Assembly (NCBI GenBank): GCA_965221695.1
Contig: OZ244905.1
Coordinates: 1,440,001-1,504,000 of the forward strand
Direction: 5' to 3'
DNA: 64,000 nucleotides
Source: Gammaproteobacteria bacterium
Lineage (GTDB): Bacteria; Pseudomonadota; Gammaproteobacteria; Eutrophobiales; Eutrophobiaceae
Shown here in pieces: positions 12,985-26,905 of this stretch (positions are counted from its first letter, which is position 1; each line of letters begins with the position of its first letter). The notes under the pieces were generated by a model. It was not told the origin of the DNA, made no database searches, and saw only the letters and a program-made list of their open reading frames with translations. The translations under genes and the position numbers were made by a program.

Positions 12985-13926
12985 CTATGCATTGCCAGAC
13001 AGGTAATCCGGCGCCACTGCTTCAAGCGGCGTCGGAGTAATCCCCAAAACAGGCAGGTCATTACAGCGGCAGACGGCATCTGTTTGAGTGGACCGGTAAT
13101 TATCTGTAGAGAACGGCTGTTCGATATTCAGCGCCTGAAACAGCGGGGCCGCCAGGTCAAATGCCAGACCCTGCATCCTGGAGGCGAAATCCGGCAACGG
13201 GATAATGATTCGTTTGCGGCCCGAACACTTGGCGGTAAATTCAACCAAATCCTGCAAGGTGTAAACAGTCGGGCCGCATAACTCGTAACGTTTGCCATCA
13301 TGTTCAGGCTGATCCAGTGTGGCGACCATTGCTTGCGCAACATCCTCAACAAAAACCGGGGCAAAACGCGCGCCGGCGCATGCCAGCGGAAAGAAAACAG
13401 GCGCCAACCTGAGCAACGTCGCGAAGCGATTAATAAAGCTGTCCTCTGCCCCAAAAATGACTGAAGGGCGATAACTGGTGACACGGATACCCGGAGCCGC
13501 ATGCGCATTATCTTCAGCTTTTCCCTTACTGCGTAGATAATAACTGGCGCCACCCACCGCATCAGCATTGATGGCGCTGACATGCAACAGGCGTTGGATG
13601 CCGAGTTCCCGGCAGGCGCGGATAACTTTGTCAGTCAGTTCCACATGCACAAGGTAAAAAGCCGACCCTTTGCCTCCCCGCCCGTTCAGGATACCCACCA
13701 GGTTGATGACCGCATCACAACCTGACAAGGCTGCGGATAATTGCGTAGGGTCGTGAACATCAACCTGAATCGTTTCCAGCAACGGCAACCGGTTAAGCGC
13801 AGGATGGACGGCCGCTTTTTTGCGCGTTAATATCTTCAACTCATAGCCGGCCTCATTCAGATGTCTGGCCAGCGCGCGCCCGACGAAGCCGCTACCGCCA
13901 AGAATGCCGATTTTCTTTATACTCAT
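12985..13926 (-). CDS. NDUFA9-like NAD(P)-binding epimerase/dehydratase family protein
   Basis: GGSGFVG, INLVGIL, YLRSKG, RPSVIFG. Confidence 0.9.
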   Translation of the reverse strand: MSIKKIGILGGSGFVGRALARHLNEAGYELKILTRKKAAVHPALNRLPLLETIQVDVHDPTQLSAALSGCDAVINLVGILNGRGGKGSAFYLVHVELTDKVIRACRELGIQRLLHVSAINADAVGGASYYLRSKGKAEDNAHAAPGIRVTSYRPSVIFGAEDSFINRFATLLRLAPVFFPLACAGARFAPVFVEDVAQAMVATLDQPEHDGKRYELCGPTVYTLQDLVEFTAKCSGRKRIIIPLPDFASRMQGLAFDLAAPLFQALNIEQPFSTDNYRSTQTDAVCRCNDLPVLGITPTPLEAVAPDYLSGNA

Positions 13927-14000
13927 AAACCCTCATAATCAGGTCTGTGCACATCCCGATTATATGTAGCTGTTGGGACAGGCAAAGGCATTTTTTCAGT

Positions 14001-14200
14001 ACCACTCCCGCCCCCGCTCAACGCCATACGGGGGCAGGCTGGGAAGCGGGAGTCCAGTCGAATGCTGTGTCGCCCATCCACCATACCACTCCCGCGAAAG
14101 CGGCAGTCCAGTGGATTGCTGTGTCGCCCGTAGGGCGACCCTTTGTTTCACTGGATTCCGTAGCCCGCACCCGTGAAAACGGGAGATTGCACGGGAATGG
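14001..14200. repeat. Cluster of ACTCCCG/CGGGAGTCC REP-like palindromes
   Basis: ccactcccgc...gcgggagtccag, ccactcccgcgaaagcggcagtccag, gtcgcccgtagggcgac, ctggattcc...cgggaatgg. Confidence 0.65.
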
Positions 14201-14292
14201 TACAGGGCGCAGGTCAGTTAGTAAAATTTACACAGCAAATTCTAAATCGTATTTTTTTCCAAATTATCTGCCTGTTTTTTTTGATAAACTGA

Positions 14293-15321
<1,029 letters not shown>

Positions 15322-15408
15322 TTTCTGATTATCAGACCTTAACCCGAATATCTCATTGACAGCAAACATCTATCCGATGCTAACAAGCGAATTGGTGAGA
15401 TTTTCGGG

Positions 15409-16122
15409 TTAAAATAATTCGTCAAGGAAATTGACTAACGCCTGCCAGGAGCGTTGCGCCGCATTCTTGTTATAGACCGTGCCGAAATCCGGATCATTTG
15501 CCGCCGGATTGGTAAAAGAATGCATAGCGTTGCCATAGACATGTATCTGCCAGTCTGCGCCGGCTTCCGTCAACTCCTCCTCCAACGCGGCCACCGCGTC
15601 GACAGGAACCATGGGATCTTCATGGCCGTGCAACGCAAGAACTTTCGCATTGATCCGGGCGCCTGCGGTATTGTCCGGCGCACCGAACAAGCCGTGAAAA
15701 CTGGCTGCGCCCTTGATATCAGCGCCAATACGGGCCAAGTCCAGAACACACAGGCCGCCAAAGCAGTAGCCGATCGCGGCGACCCGGCTTTCATCCACTT
15801 CCGAGAGGGACTTCAACATGTCCAAGGCTGCGGTCAAGCGGGATTGCAGGAATGTCCGGTCGTCCAGGAAAGGCTGCATCAAGCCGGCATTCTCTTCCTT
15901 GCTGCTCCCCAGGACGCCCTTGCCGTACAGGTCTGCCGCAAAACCAGCATAGCCCAGTTCAGCCAAAGCGCGGGCCTTGTCACATTCAAATTGGCCGCGT
16001 CCGCCCCAGGCATGGACGACCATAACCGCTGGTCGCTCGCCCTCTTCTATATCGTCACAGGCAAGAAAACCTTCCAAGGTGGTTCCCTCGTGTTCATATT
16101 CAATCAATCGTTCTTGGATCAT
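15409..16122 (-). CDS. Dienelactone hydrolase family protein
   Basis: GYCFGG nucleophile motif, SFHG, HSFTNP. Confidence 0.93.
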   Translation of the reverse strand: MIQERLIEYEHEGTTLEGFLACDDIEEGERPAVMVVHAWGGRGQFECDKARALAELGYAGFAADLYGKGVLGSSKEENAGLMQPFLDDRTFLQSRLTAALDMLKSLSEVDESRVAAIGYCFGGLCVLDLARIGADIKGAASFHGLFGAPDNTAGARINAKVLALHGHEDPMVPVDAVAALEEELTEAGADWQIHVYGNAMHSFTNPAANDPDFGTVYNKNAAQRSWQALVNFLDELF

Positions 16123-16285
16123 GTTTCGGTCTCCGTTTGTATTTTGCTGTTTAAGTATTACTTACCCTGAACGCTGTGACATTCCCGTCAAGGCTGCCCC
16201 CGCATGCTGTAAGCGAGAGAGGAAAAACCAGCAGGCAAAGGGCCGCTTTTCAGGCGGCATAGTATTTTCTGGACTTCCGCTATGA

Positions 16286-17686
16286 TTATACTTCCAAAGC
16301 CAGGGATTTGATCTTTCTTGTCAATGTGTTCCGTCCCCAGCCCAGCAGTCTAGCCGCTTCGTTGCGACGTCCTCCGGTCTGTTGCAACGCTTCTTCAATC
16401 AGTATCCGTTCGAACTCAGGGAGGATGTTGCCCAACAATCCGGTTTTGCCTTTACCCAGGTTCGTTTTGACCCAGTGGCGTAGCGTGTCCTCCCAATCTT
16501 CAACGGTCTCACCTGCCGGCTCCGTATTCTTCAGTTCGGGCGGCAGGTCTTCAATATGAATCTCTTTGCCCGGCGCCATGACAGTAACCCAGCGGCAGAA
16601 GTTCTCAAGTTGTCTGACGTTTCCCGGCCAATCCATGCTGTTCAGATATTCCTGTGTCTGCGGCAACGCCAGCTTGGCCTCGACATTGAGTTCAGTGGCT
16701 GAACGTCTCAAAAAATGTTCGGTTAACAGCGGGATGTCCGCGCGCCGGTCCCGCAGCGATGGCACGTGCACCCGGATCACATTCAAGCGATGAAACAGGT
16801 CTTCGCGAAACGCGCCGCGTTTTACCCGCTCTTCCAGTTCCTGGTTGGTTGCCGCAATCACTCTGGCGTCTGCGTTAATGGGCAAGTGACCACCGACCCG
16901 GTAGAAGTTTCCCGTTGACAGCACTCGCAGCAGGCGCGTTTGCAAGTCGGCGGGCATATCGCCAATTTCATCGAGGAACAAGGTGCCACCCTTAGCCTGC
17001 TCGAAACGACCGATACGTTGCGATGTGGCGCCCGTGAATGCGCCTTTTTCGTGACCGAACAGCTCGGATTCCAGCAAATCCCTGGGGATAGCCGCCATGT
17101 TGATGGCGATAAACCGTTGCTTCGAGCGGGGACTATGGCGATGCAGCGCTTGCGCCACCAGTTCTTTTCCGGAGCCGGACTCGCCGGTAACCAGCGCAGT
17201 AAGATGAGAACTTGACAACCTGCCGATGGCGCGAAACACTTCCTGCATAGCGGCGGCGGAACCGATGATGCCGGTATCCGTCAGGTCCGCTGCCGGCGCG
17301 TCAGCCGAACCCGAGGGACTGCGCGGCATTGCGCGCTTCACCAGGCTGACCAACTCATCTATGTCAAACGGCTTGGACAGGTATTCATACGCCCCACCCT
17401 GGAATGAGGATACCACCCGGTCCAGGTCCGGGAAGGCGGTCATGATGATAACGGGCACATCGGGAGTTTTAAGCTTGATCTCCTCCAGTAGCGCCAGGCC
17501 ATCCAGGCCCGGCATCCTAATGTCGGAGATGATTACATCCGGTTTTTCCCTGTCCAGACATTGCAGTAATCCCTGCGCATTATCAAAGCATGTGGTTTCC
17601 AGTCGCTCCTTGACCAGGGCGCGTTCCAGCACCCAGCGGATGGATTTGTCATCATCAACGATCCAAACCCTGTTGTTGACCGTCAT
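16286..17686 (-). CDS. glnG: Nitrogen regulator NtrC
   Basis: Receiver domain, [15 protein letters not shown]-terminal [14 protein letters not shown]. Confidence 0.96.
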   Translation of the reverse strand: MTVNNRVWIVDDDKSIRWVLERALVKERLETTCFDNAQGLLQCLDREKPDVIISDIRMPGLDGLALLEEIKLKTPDVPVIIMTAFPDLDRVVSSFQGGAYEYLSKPFDIDELVSLVKRAMPRSPSGSADAPAADLTDTGIIGSAAAMQEVFRAIGRLSSSHLTALVTGESGSGKELVAQALHRHSPRSKQRFIAINMAAIPRDLLESELFGHEKGAFTGATSQRIGRFEQAKGGTLFLDEIGDMPADLQTRLLRVLSTGNFYRVGGHLPINADARVIAATNQELEERVKRGAFREDLFHRLNVIRVHVPSLRDRRADIPLLTEHFLRRSATELNVEAKLALPQTQEYLNSMDWPGNVRQLENFCRWVTVMAPGKEIHIEDLPPELKNTEPAGETVEDWEDTLRHWVKTNLGKGKTGLLGNILPEFERILIEEALQQTGGRRNEAARLLGWGRNTLTRKIKSLALEV

Positions 17687-18724
17687 TTATTCCACCGGAA
17701 GAAGAATCTTGAAACAGGTTCTATCGTTGATTCTCTCGTATTCGATCATGCCATTATGGGACTGGATCAATGACTGAGAAATAGACAACCCCAGGCCATA
17801 ACCATCTGCCCGGCCCGTCACCATGGGATAAAAAATATGCTCCTCAATGTCTGCGGGAACGCCAGGACCGTTATCGATCACGTCAATCCGTACAACCAGC
17901 CGATAATGCCGGTTACGAATCGTGCTACGATGCTCTATCCGGGTGCGGATCAGGACTTCCCCGGTTTCATCAACCGCTTGCAGGGCATTCCTGCAAATGT
18001 TTAATATAGCCTGGATTAATTGCTCCCGGTCCGCGCGTAAAGCCGGTAGACTCGGGTCATAATCGCGCCGGATTCTGATATCAGCCACAGCCTCCGCTTC
18101 CACAACGCGGCAGGTATGCTCAAGCACACTGTGAATGTTTACCGAACGAAGCTGGTTTCTTTTTACGGGCGCCAGCATCCGGTCGATAAGGTTGTGCAAG
18201 CGGTCAGCCTCATCAATGATGATGCGCGTGTACTCCACCAGGCTCGAACCGTTCAATTCACGTTGCAGGAGTTGCGCCGCGCCGCGCAGCCCACCAAGAG
18301 GATTTTTTATTTCATGGGCGATGCCGCTTAACGATTTACGCGCGGCATCGTGCATGTAAGTCAAGTTGCTCTCTCGCAACGCCCGCACGCGGGTGTCGGC
18401 GTTGATCAATTCAAGCGCTACCCCCTTGCAGGTCTCGTCTTCGGTCACCGGGGTCACGATACAGTCCACACAAACGGTCTTTGCATCGGGCAATTCCAGA
18501 TCAATGCCCCATTCCATGCAGGGCTCTTTTGTTGACAGGGCGCGTTCAATGTTTTCCAGCAGTTTGCGCGAAGTCAGAATTTTACGCGCATCGTATCCGC
18601 GCGCCTTCTCGCGGCTGATAAAAAACAGATTTTCTCCCGCATTATTTATATCCGAAAGCCGTAGCTGACTATCGAATATCAGCACGGCTGTGTAAAGATT
18701 ATCCAGCAAGCCGTCCGCGCTCAT
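17687..18724 (-). CDS. glnL: Sensor kinase NtrB
   Basis: AHEIKNPLGG H-box, DYDPSLP, DNGPG; between glnA and ntrC. Confidence 0.95.
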   Translation of the reverse strand: MSADGLLDNLYTAVLIFDSQLRLSDINNAGENLFFISREKARGYDARKILTSRKLLENIERALSTKEPCMEWGIDLELPDAKTVCVDCIVTPVTEDETCKGVALELINADTRVRALRESNLTYMHDAARKSLSGIAHEIKNPLGGLRGAAQLLQRELNGSSLVEYTRIIIDEADRLHNLIDRMLAPVKRNQLRSVNIHSVLEHTCRVVEAEAVADIRIRRDYDPSLPALRADREQLIQAILNICRNALQAVDETGEVLIRTRIEHRSTIRNRHYRLVVRIDVIDNGPGVPADIEEHIFYPMVTGRADGYGLGLSISQSLIQSHNGMIEYERINDRTCFKILLPVE

Positions 18725-18779
18725 AATCGGGAATGGCCCCGGCCGGCCAAAACAGGTTGCGACCGGGGCTGATCACCTG

Positions 18780-20189
18780 TTACAGACTGTAGTACATATC
18801 CAGTTCGACCGGATGTGTCGTCATACGGAAACGGGTGACCTCGTTCATCTTCAACTCGATATAACCATCAATCATATCATCGGAAAAGACCCCGCCGGCT
18901 GTCAGGAACTCCCGATCCTGGTCCAGGGCTTCCAGCGCCTGGTCCAGCGATGAGCATACGGTGGGAATCTCTCTTTCTTCCTCAATGGTCAGGTCATACA
19001 AGTCTTTTTCCAGGGGTTCACCCGGGTCCAGCCTGTTCTGTATCCCATCCAGTCCCGCCATCATCATTGCGGCAAACATGAAGTACGGGTTGCCGCAGGA
19101 ATCCGGGAACCTGATCTCAATCCGTCTGGCCTGAGGGCTGGCAACCCAGGGGATTCTGCATGACGCAGAACGGTTGCGCGCGGAATAGGCGAGCAGTACC
19201 GGCGCCTCGAAACCAGGGACTAGACGTTTGTAACTGTTGGTGCTGGCATTGGTGAACGCATTGAGCGCCCGCGCATGCTTGAAAATACCGGCAATGTAAT
19301 GCAACGCCAGATCCGACAAGCCGCCATACTTGTCGCCGGTAAACAAGTTCTGGTCGTCTTTGCCGAGGGATTGGTGGACATGCATGCCATTGCCGTTATC
19401 ACCGACCAGGGGTTTCGGCATGAAGGTTACCGTCTTGCCGTAGCCTTGGGCAACATTCATCGCGCAATATTTCAGGGTGAGCATTTCATCTGCCTTGGTG
19501 ACCAGTGTCCTGAACTTGGTGCCGATTTCCGCCTGGCCTGCTGTGGCGACCTCGTGGTGGTGCACCTCAACCGCCAGCCCCATATCCTGCAGCGCCATGC
19601 AGATGGCAGTGCGCACATTCTGCAAAGAGTCCACAGGCGGAACCGGGAAATAACCCCCTTTCACGCCCGGGCGGTGGCCATGGTTGGGCCCATCCATGAT
19701 CTTGTCGCTGTTCCAGTGGCCTTCTTCAGAATCTATTTCGTAGAATGCGCTGTTCAGGCTATCGCCCCAGCGGGCCTCGTCAAAGATGAAAAACTCGGGT
19801 TCAGGGCCGAAATAGGCAGCATCGGCGATACCGGTCGATTGCAGGTAGGCCTCGGCGCGCTTTGCCAGGGAACGCGGGCAGCGCTCGTAGCCTTGCATAG
19901 TAGTCGGCTCCAAGACGTCACAACGCAGGTTCAAGGTCGATTCATCATAAAACGGATCGATCACTGCGGTTTCAGTATCGGGCATCAACAACATATCGGA
20001 CTCGTCGATCCCCTTCCAGCCAGCAATGGATGAACCGTCAAACATCTTGCCGTTTTCGAAAAAATCGTCGGTGATGGCATCAACCGGAACCGTGACATGC
20101 TGTTCTTTTCCCCGCGTATCACAGAACCGCAGGTCGACAAAACGCACCTCATTCTCTTCGATTAATCCATGTACCTTCTCTTTGGACAT
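18780..20189 (-). CDS. glnA: Glutamine synthetase type I
   Basis: [30 protein letters not shown]. Confidence 0.98.
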   Translation of the reverse strand: MSKEKVHGLIEENEVRFVDLRFCDTRGKEQHVTVPVDAITDDFFENGKMFDGSSIAGWKGIDESDMLLMPDTETAVIDPFYDESTLNLRCDVLEPTTMQGYERCPRSLAKRAEAYLQSTGIADAAYFGPEPEFFIFDEARWGDSLNSAFYEIDSEEGHWNSDKIMDGPNHGHRPGVKGGYFPVPPVDSLQNVRTAICMALQDMGLAVEVHHHEVATAGQAEIGTKFRTLVTKADEMLTLKYCAMNVAQGYGKTVTFMPKPLVGDNGNGMHVHQSLGKDDQNLFTGDKYGGLSDLALHYIAGIFKHARALNAFTNASTNSYKRLVPGFEAPVLLAYSARNRSASCRIPWVASPQARRIEIRFPDSCGNPYFMFAAMMMAGLDGIQNRLDPGEPLEKDLYDLTIEEEREIPTVCSSLDQALEALDQDREFLTAGGVFSDDMIDGYIELKMNEVTRFRMTTHPVELDMYYSL

Positions 20190-20286
20190 TGCATCTCTCC
20201 TCGCACGTGTTTACATTTGACTTAAAGTTGTCACCGGCATACGTATTGTTGCTGTGCGCGTCAACCGGCATCAAATAGTTTTATAA

Positions 20287-20302
20287 TGCATAATCTATGC
20301 CA
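20287..20302 (-). promoter_or_regulatory. Sigma-54 (-24/-12) promoter of glnA
   Basis: Minus strand TGGCATAGATTATGCA matches GG-N10-GC. Confidence 0.8.
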
Positions 20303-20447
20303 TTTCGTCGGGGAACCTCTGAATAAGCTGGAGGTTGCCGCGCTAACAGCATGTGCCGCCACTAATCCACCGGAACTGGATTTGGATCTCCAAAAGACGA
20401 TCGCGCAGCGACATTATCACTCGCTATATCTGAGTCCTCCGGAATTA

Positions 20448-20495
20448 CGCGCCATAATAGCCCATATGCCTCATATTATGCACTATATTTGTGCG
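20448..20495. promoter_or_regulatory. Tandem NtrC binding sites (enhancer)
   Basis: TGCACTATATTTGTGCG (20479-20495) and a weaker CGCGCCATAATAGCCCA 31 bp away; consensus TGCACCA-N3-TGGTGCA. Confidence 0.65.
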
Positions 20496-20551
20496 TTTAT
20501 CCGCCCGGCGTCCCCATGTTATGACCGTATCTCTATGACTCCCACGGGGCA

Positions 20552-20641
20552 AAGGAAACTCTGATTTAGCTTGAATTTCCTGCGGCACAAGGAGGTGTCG
20601 CTCTGACAAGTCCGGGCTGGACTTGTTCAGAGCTTCCCTGA
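20552..20641. mobile_element. Degenerate, internally deleted MITE copy in reverse orientation
   Basis: aaggaaactctgattta...ggcacaaggaggtgtcg ctctgacaagtccgggctggacttgttcagagcttcc. Confidence 0.7.
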
Positions 20642-20650
20642 ATATATCGC

Positions 20651-21955
20651 TCAACCCGGAAGAATCCTCTCTCCTAGCATCAATTGTTCCATTGTCTCGC
20701 GCTCCCGGATAACGTGTTCATGCTCCCCGTCCACCAGCAGCTCCACCGCTCTGGGCCTGCTGTTGTAGTTGGAACTCATGGAAAAAGCGTAGGCGCCGGC
20801 GGACAGGACGGCCAGCAGGTCCTGCGCGCGCAGGGATAAATGGCGTTGCTTGCCCAGGAAATCACCGGTTTCGCATATTGGTCCGACCACATCATATTCC
20901 ATTTCCGTCGTATCCCTCGCTTCGCTGACAGGAATGATGTCATGCCAGGCCTGGTACAGGGACGGGCGCAATAAATCGTTCATGGACGCATCCACGATGG
21001 CAAAGCGCCGGGCGTTATCTGTTTTCAGGTACTCAACCCGGGTAAGCAGTATACCGGCATTGCCCATTATGGAGCGGCCCGGTTCCAGAATAAGGCTATA
21101 GCGTTCCGGAACAAGATCTTTGACAACCCCGGCAAAGGCGGCAATATCGGGGATGTCTGTCTCCCCGGCGTCTCGCTCGGTTTGAGTTTCCGGACCACCT
21201 GCCCGGAGCGCGCTGGCGCAACGATAATCAATGCCCAGCCCTCCGCCGATGTCCAGGAGCCTTAATGGTATGCCGTCCCGTTGCAGGCTCTCAACCAGCG
21301 CCAAAATTTTTTCCAGCGCGTCGATATACGGCGCCAGAGAGGTTATCTGCGACCCGATATGGCAATCAATGCCCACCGGCAAGATATTATCCAGGCGTTT
21401 AGCCAGCGCATACGCTTCCGGGGCGCGCTCATGGTTTATCCCGAACTTGTCCTGGCGTCTGCCTGTGGCGATGGACGGATGGGTCTCCGCATCGGTATCG
21501 GGGTTGACGCGTATGGAGACGGGAGCGGCCACAGACAACCCCCCGGCAATTTCATTCAGGCGCTCCAGTTCAGGTTCCGACTCTATATTAAAACACTTTA
21601 TCCCGACTTCCAGGGCGCGCCTGATTTCATCGGCGCGCTTGCCTACCCCGGAAAATACAATCCTGGCCGGGTCGCCCCCGGCAGTCAGGACGCGCTCCAG
21701 TTCTCCGACGGATACTATGTCAAACCCCGAGCCTAGCCTGGCGAGCAGATTCAGGATGGCCAGGTTGCTGTTTGCCTTGACGGAATAACAGATCAGCGCA
21801 TCCCTATCGGAAAAAGTTTCCGCATAGGCGCGCCACCGATCCTCAATCGCGGCGCGGGAATACACGAATGCCGGTGTGCCATGGCGCGCGGCCAGCGCGT
21901 CTAAGGACACTCCCTCCGCATGCAACAATCCGTTTTTATACGAAAAACCCTGCAT
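20651..21955 (-). CDS. lysA: Diaminopimelate decarboxylase with a ~20-aa insertion
   Basis: YSVKAN, HIGSQ, DIGGG, LEPGR, GPICETGD, SNYNSRP. Confidence 0.96.
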   Translation of the reverse strand: MQGFSYKNGLLHAEGVSLDALAARHGTPAFVYSRAAIEDRWRAYAETFSDRDALICYSVKANSNLAILNLLARLGSGFDIVSVGELERVLTAGGDPARIVFSGVGKRADEIRRALEVGIKCFNIESEPELERLNEIAGGLSVAAPVSIRVNPDTDAETHPSIATGRRQDKFGINHERAPEAYALAKRLDNILPVGIDCHIGSQITSLAPYIDALEKILALVESLQRDGIPLRLLDIGGGLGIDYRCASALRAGGPETQTERDAGETDIPDIAAFAGVVKDLVPERYSLILEPGRSIMGNAGILLTRVEYLKTDNARRFAIVDASMNDLLRPSLYQAWHDIIPVSEARDTTEMEYDVVGPICETGDFLGKQRHLSLRAQDLLAVLSAGAYAFSMSSNYNSRPRAVELLVDGEHEHVIRERETMEQLMLGERILPG

Positions 21956-22091
21956 GTCCGTAGCGCGTGGCGGCGGCTGGCTCATCCTCTGGCAAGTACA
22001 GAGCGCCTTTCTGACCGCACCCGAACAGCAAGAGGGTCGGCAACAGGAATAATAATATACGGGTTTTTGCGAATGTAGCGCGTGAACACAT
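21936..22091 (-). CDS. lptM: Small lipoprotein LptM/YifL (LppL); 51 aa, not in the ORF track
   Basis: [34 protein letters not shown]; lipobox plus CGQKGxLYLP motif, directly upstream of lysA. Confidence 0.85.
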   Translation of the reverse strand: MCSRATFAKTRILLFLLPTLLLFGCGQKGALYLPEDEPAAATRYGHAGFFV

Positions 22092-22277
22092 CAGGCTTCT
22101 CCGTTCGGTTGGCGGCTTAAATCAGGTTTGCGATCTTCCAGAATGCGGCTGTATATGTCAATCGGAAAACTCCCCCTACGCAGATTTTGCGAACAATGCT
22201 TGAATTTGATCGCTGTTTCGGATGACAATGTTACCCCCCGTCGTTCAATGACAGAAAAACCAAAGGTAATACCCGAA

Positions 22278-22604
22278 ATGAGCAACAGCATAATTCACGT
22301 GACTGATTCCAGTTTTGAGGAGGATGTATTGAAATCGTCAGCCCCGGTAATGGTGGATTACTGGGCAGAATGGTGCGGCCCATGCAAGATGATTGCGCCG
22401 ATACTGGATGAAATTGCCGCGGAGTATACGGACAGCCTTACAGTTGCCAAAATCAATATTGATGAGAATCCCAGGACTCCGCAGAAATATGCCGTACGCG
22501 GCATACCCACCCTGATGATATTCAAGGATGGAGAAATCATTGGCACAAAAGTAGGAGCAGTATCAAAACTTCAGTTGTCCGCTTTCATAGACAGCACAAT
22601 TTAA
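22278..22604 (+). CDS. trxA: Thioredoxin
   Basis: [14 protein letters not shown]; upstream of rho. Confidence 0.97.
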   Translation: MSNSIIHVTDSSFEEDVLKSSAPVMVDYWAEWCGPCKMIAPILDEIAAEYTDSLTVAKINIDENPRTPQKYAVRGIPTLMIFKDGEIIGTKVGAVSKLQLSAFIDSTI

Positions 22605-22784
22605 CTCAACACGCGTTTCTATAGATAAACATCAAGATATAAAATACTGGACGTTTCTATTTCAATATGCTAGTCTGATAATAACCTATCGTATTGTCCC
22701 TCAAACTTAACTCGGGCTTCAACGCATTTCGGCCATTTGGCGTATGCCATTATGCCTGTCACAATCCATGTTTAATTTGGTCCA

Positions 22785-24044
22785 ATGAATCTCACAGAAT
22801 TAAAACAACAACCCCCATCAGAACTAGTCCTCATATCAGAATCCCTTGGTCTCGACGGCCTGGCCCGATCAAGGAAACAGGATGTCATCTTCGAAATCCT
22901 CAAGGCACATGCCAGAAAAGGCGAGGACATCTACGGCAGCGGCGTCCTTGAAATACTCCAGGACGGATTTGGGTTTCTGCGTTCCGCGGATAGCTCCTAC
23001 CTGGCCGGTCCCGATGACATCTACGTCTCTCCAAGCCAGATCAGACGCTTTAACCTGCGCACCGGGGATAATATCTCCGGTAAGATCAGACCTCCGAAAG
23101 AAGGCGAGCGCTACTTTGCGCTGCTCAAAGTCAACGAGATCAACTTTGAAGTCCCGGAAAAGGCCAGACATAAGATCATCTTTGAGAACCTGACGCCGCT
23201 GTTCGCGCAGCAACGTTTGAAACTGGAAGTGGGCAACGGTAGCACCGAGGACCTGACGCCCAGAATCATCGACTTGGTGGCGCCCATCGGCAAGGGCCAA
23301 CGCGGTCTTATCGTGTCCCCGCCCAAGGCCGGCAAAACCATGATCCTGCAATCCATTGCCCAGTCCATCAAACACAACCACCCGGAATGCCACCTGATCG
23401 TGCTACTCATCGACGAGCGGCCGGAAGAGGTCACGGAGATGGAGCGTTCGGTACGTGGCGAGGTAATTTCAAGCACGTTTGATGAACCCGCGACCCGTCA
23501 TGTGCAGGTGGCCGAAATGGTGATAGAACGGGCAAAGCGGCTGACTGAACACAAACAGGATGTGGTGATACTGCTGGATTCCATCACTCGCCTGGCCCGC
23601 GCTTACAATACCGTGGTCCCGGCATCCGGCAAGGTGCTGACGGGCGGCGTTGACGCCAATGCCTTGCAGCGGCCGAAACGCTTCTTCGGCGCCGCGCGAA
23701 ACATTGAAGAGGGCGGCAGTCTTACTATCCTGGCCACTGCGCTGATCGACACCGGCTCGCGCATGGATGAGGTCATCTATGAAGAATTCAAGGGCACCGG
23801 CAATATGGAACTGCACCTGGATCGCGAGATTTCGGAAAAACGTATTTACCCAGCCATCTATATCAACCGTTCCGGCACTCGGCGCGAGGAGTTGTTAACG
23901 GAGAAGGATGAACTGCAGAAGATGTGGATTCTACGCAAGCTGCTGCATCCTATGGAATCGATAGCAGCCATGGAGTTCCTACTGGAACGACTCAAGGCCA
24001 CGAAGAACAACGCCCAGTTCTTCGATGCCATGAAGAAACGTTAA
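22785..24044 (+). CDS. rho: Transcription termination factor Rho
   Basis: [31 protein letters not shown]. Confidence 0.99.
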   Translation: MNLTELKQQPPSELVLISESLGLDGLARSRKQDVIFEILKAHARKGEDIYGSGVLEILQDGFGFLRSADSSYLAGPDDIYVSPSQIRRFNLRTGDNISGKIRPPKEGERYFALLKVNEINFEVPEKARHKIIFENLTPLFAQQRLKLEVGNGSTEDLTPRIIDLVAPIGKGQRGLIVSPPKAGKTMILQSIAQSIKHNHPECHLIVLLIDERPEEVTEMERSVRGEVISSTFDEPATRHVQVAEMVIERAKRLTEHKQDVVILLDSITRLARAYNTVVPASGKVLTGGVDANALQRPKRFFGAARNIEEGGSLTILATALIDTGSRMDEVIYEEFKGTGNMELHLDREISEKRIYPAIYINRSGTRREELLTEKDELQKMWILRKLLHPMESIAAMEFLLERLKATKNNAQFFDAMKKR

Positions 24045-24094
24045 CCCGTAGTTCTTGTCAGGGCCGCAGGCTACCCCGCCTGAGCAAGCCAGGC

Positions 24095-24126
24095 AAAAAA
24101 AACCCGCCGGATGGCGGGTTTTTTTT
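24095..24126. terminator. Bidirectional intrinsic terminator between rho and groEL
   Basis: A8-cccgcc-ggat-ggcggg-T8. Confidence 0.92.
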
Positions 24127-24144
24127 GGGTTAAACCGGCAAGGC

Positions 24145-25800
<1,656 letters not shown>

Positions 25801-25817
25801 CTAGACCTCCCGAAAAC

Positions 25818-26105
25818 TTATTCGATAACGCCCATGATGTCGTCTTCACGCATCACCAGCAGTTCTTCACCATCAATTTTTACTTCCGTGCCCGAGTACT
25901 TGCCAAACAGGATCTTATCGCCCTTCTTGACATCCAGGCCGCGGACTTCACCGCTATCCAGGATCTTGCCGTTGCCGACGGCAACAATTTCACCCTGAAT
26001 TGGCTTTTCAGTGGCGCTGTCTGGAATCACGATGCCGCCAGGGGACATCTTTTCCTCTTCCAGACGCCGAACGACCACACGGTCGTGTAATGGTCTGATA
26101 TTCAT
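25818..26105 (-). CDS. groS: Co-chaperonin GroES
   Basis: [16 protein letters not shown]. Confidence 0.99.
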   Translation of the reverse strand: MNIRPLHDRVVVRRLEEEKMSPGGIVIPDSATEKPIQGEIVAVGNGKILDSGEVRGLDVKKGDKILFGKYSGTEVKIDGEELLVMREDDIMGVIE

Positions 26106-26159
26106 ATATTGATTACCTCCTATTAACTAATCTGTCGTGGTATGAATACATGATTATTA

Positions 26160-26186
26160 TTAGCACTCTAATTAAGCGAGTGCTGA
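26160..26186. promoter_or_regulatory. CIRCE element (HrcA operator)
   Basis: TTAGCACTC-N9-GAGTGCTGA upstream of groES. Confidence 0.92.
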
Positions 26187-26215
26187 TAATATAGGGGTAT
26201 AATCTGAAAAGTCAA
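26187..26215 (-). promoter_or_regulatory. groESL promoter (sigma-32/sigma-70-like)
   Basis: Minus strand TTGACttttcagattataCCCCTATATta directly abutting CIRCE. Confidence 0.6.
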
Positions 26216-26289
26216 TAAAAAAATCCCGTCCACTCCTGAATTCGGCGCGTTTCGCTTCTGTGTCCGCTGGCTTCCCGGCAGCGCCGGTG

Positions 26290-26652
26290 TCACAAGATAA
26301 GGCTCAGGATCATCGCGGCAACGCCGAAGAGATTGATCACAATGGCTGACGCCCAAGCGCTGCGTGAAAAATAGTGTTTTTCATCGTAACCGACCAGGTG
26401 CCGATAAATGCCAAACCTGCTGATCAGCAACAGGAACAGTAGCAGTAGCGCAGTCCGGACGCCGGCGCCGAGCAGAGTTTCTCCAACATAAACCAGGTAC
26501 AACAGGGTCAGAAACATGATCCCTGACACTGGATCAGTCGGTGACAGAGAACGTCCTGTTACGTCATTCACACCCACGCTCAAGACGTTATAACCAATCG
26601 CCAAAATGAAATACGCGTTGACCGCCACATCTATTATGTTTGTTTCCTGCAT
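26290..26652 (-). CDS. Hypothetical multi-pass membrane protein
   Basis: About four hydrophobic segments; family not recognised; start uncertain. Confidence 0.6.
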   Translation of the reverse strand: MQETNIIDVAVNAYFILAIGYNVLSVGVNDVTGRSLSPTDPVSGIMFLTLLYLVYVGETLLGAGVRTALLLLFLLLISRFGIYRHLVGYDEKHYFSRSAWASAIVINLFGVAAMILSLIL

Positions 26653-26756
26653 GGAATTTCTCCCGTAGATTATTCTCGGCTTGGCCGATATCTTACTAAA
26701 ATCAGGTTTCTGCACTTACTTGTAACTGCCGGCAAAGGTCAGGACATTCCCCCGCG

Positions 26757-26848
26757 CCACTCCCGCCCCTGCTCAACGCTATCCATGAGCAAGCTGAGAA
26801 GCGGGAGTCCAGTGAAATATACTGTCGCCCGCAGGGCAACCCTTTTTG
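26757..26848. repeat. REP-like palindrome related to the 14.0-14.2 kb cluster
   Basis: ccactcccgcccctgctcaacgc...agcgggagtccagtg...gtcgcccgcagggcaacccttt. Confidence 0.65.
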
Positions 26849-26905
26849 TATAATAGGATATGCGATGAATGACTATCGCAGGACGCTACAGACAAGACTT
26901 ATACA

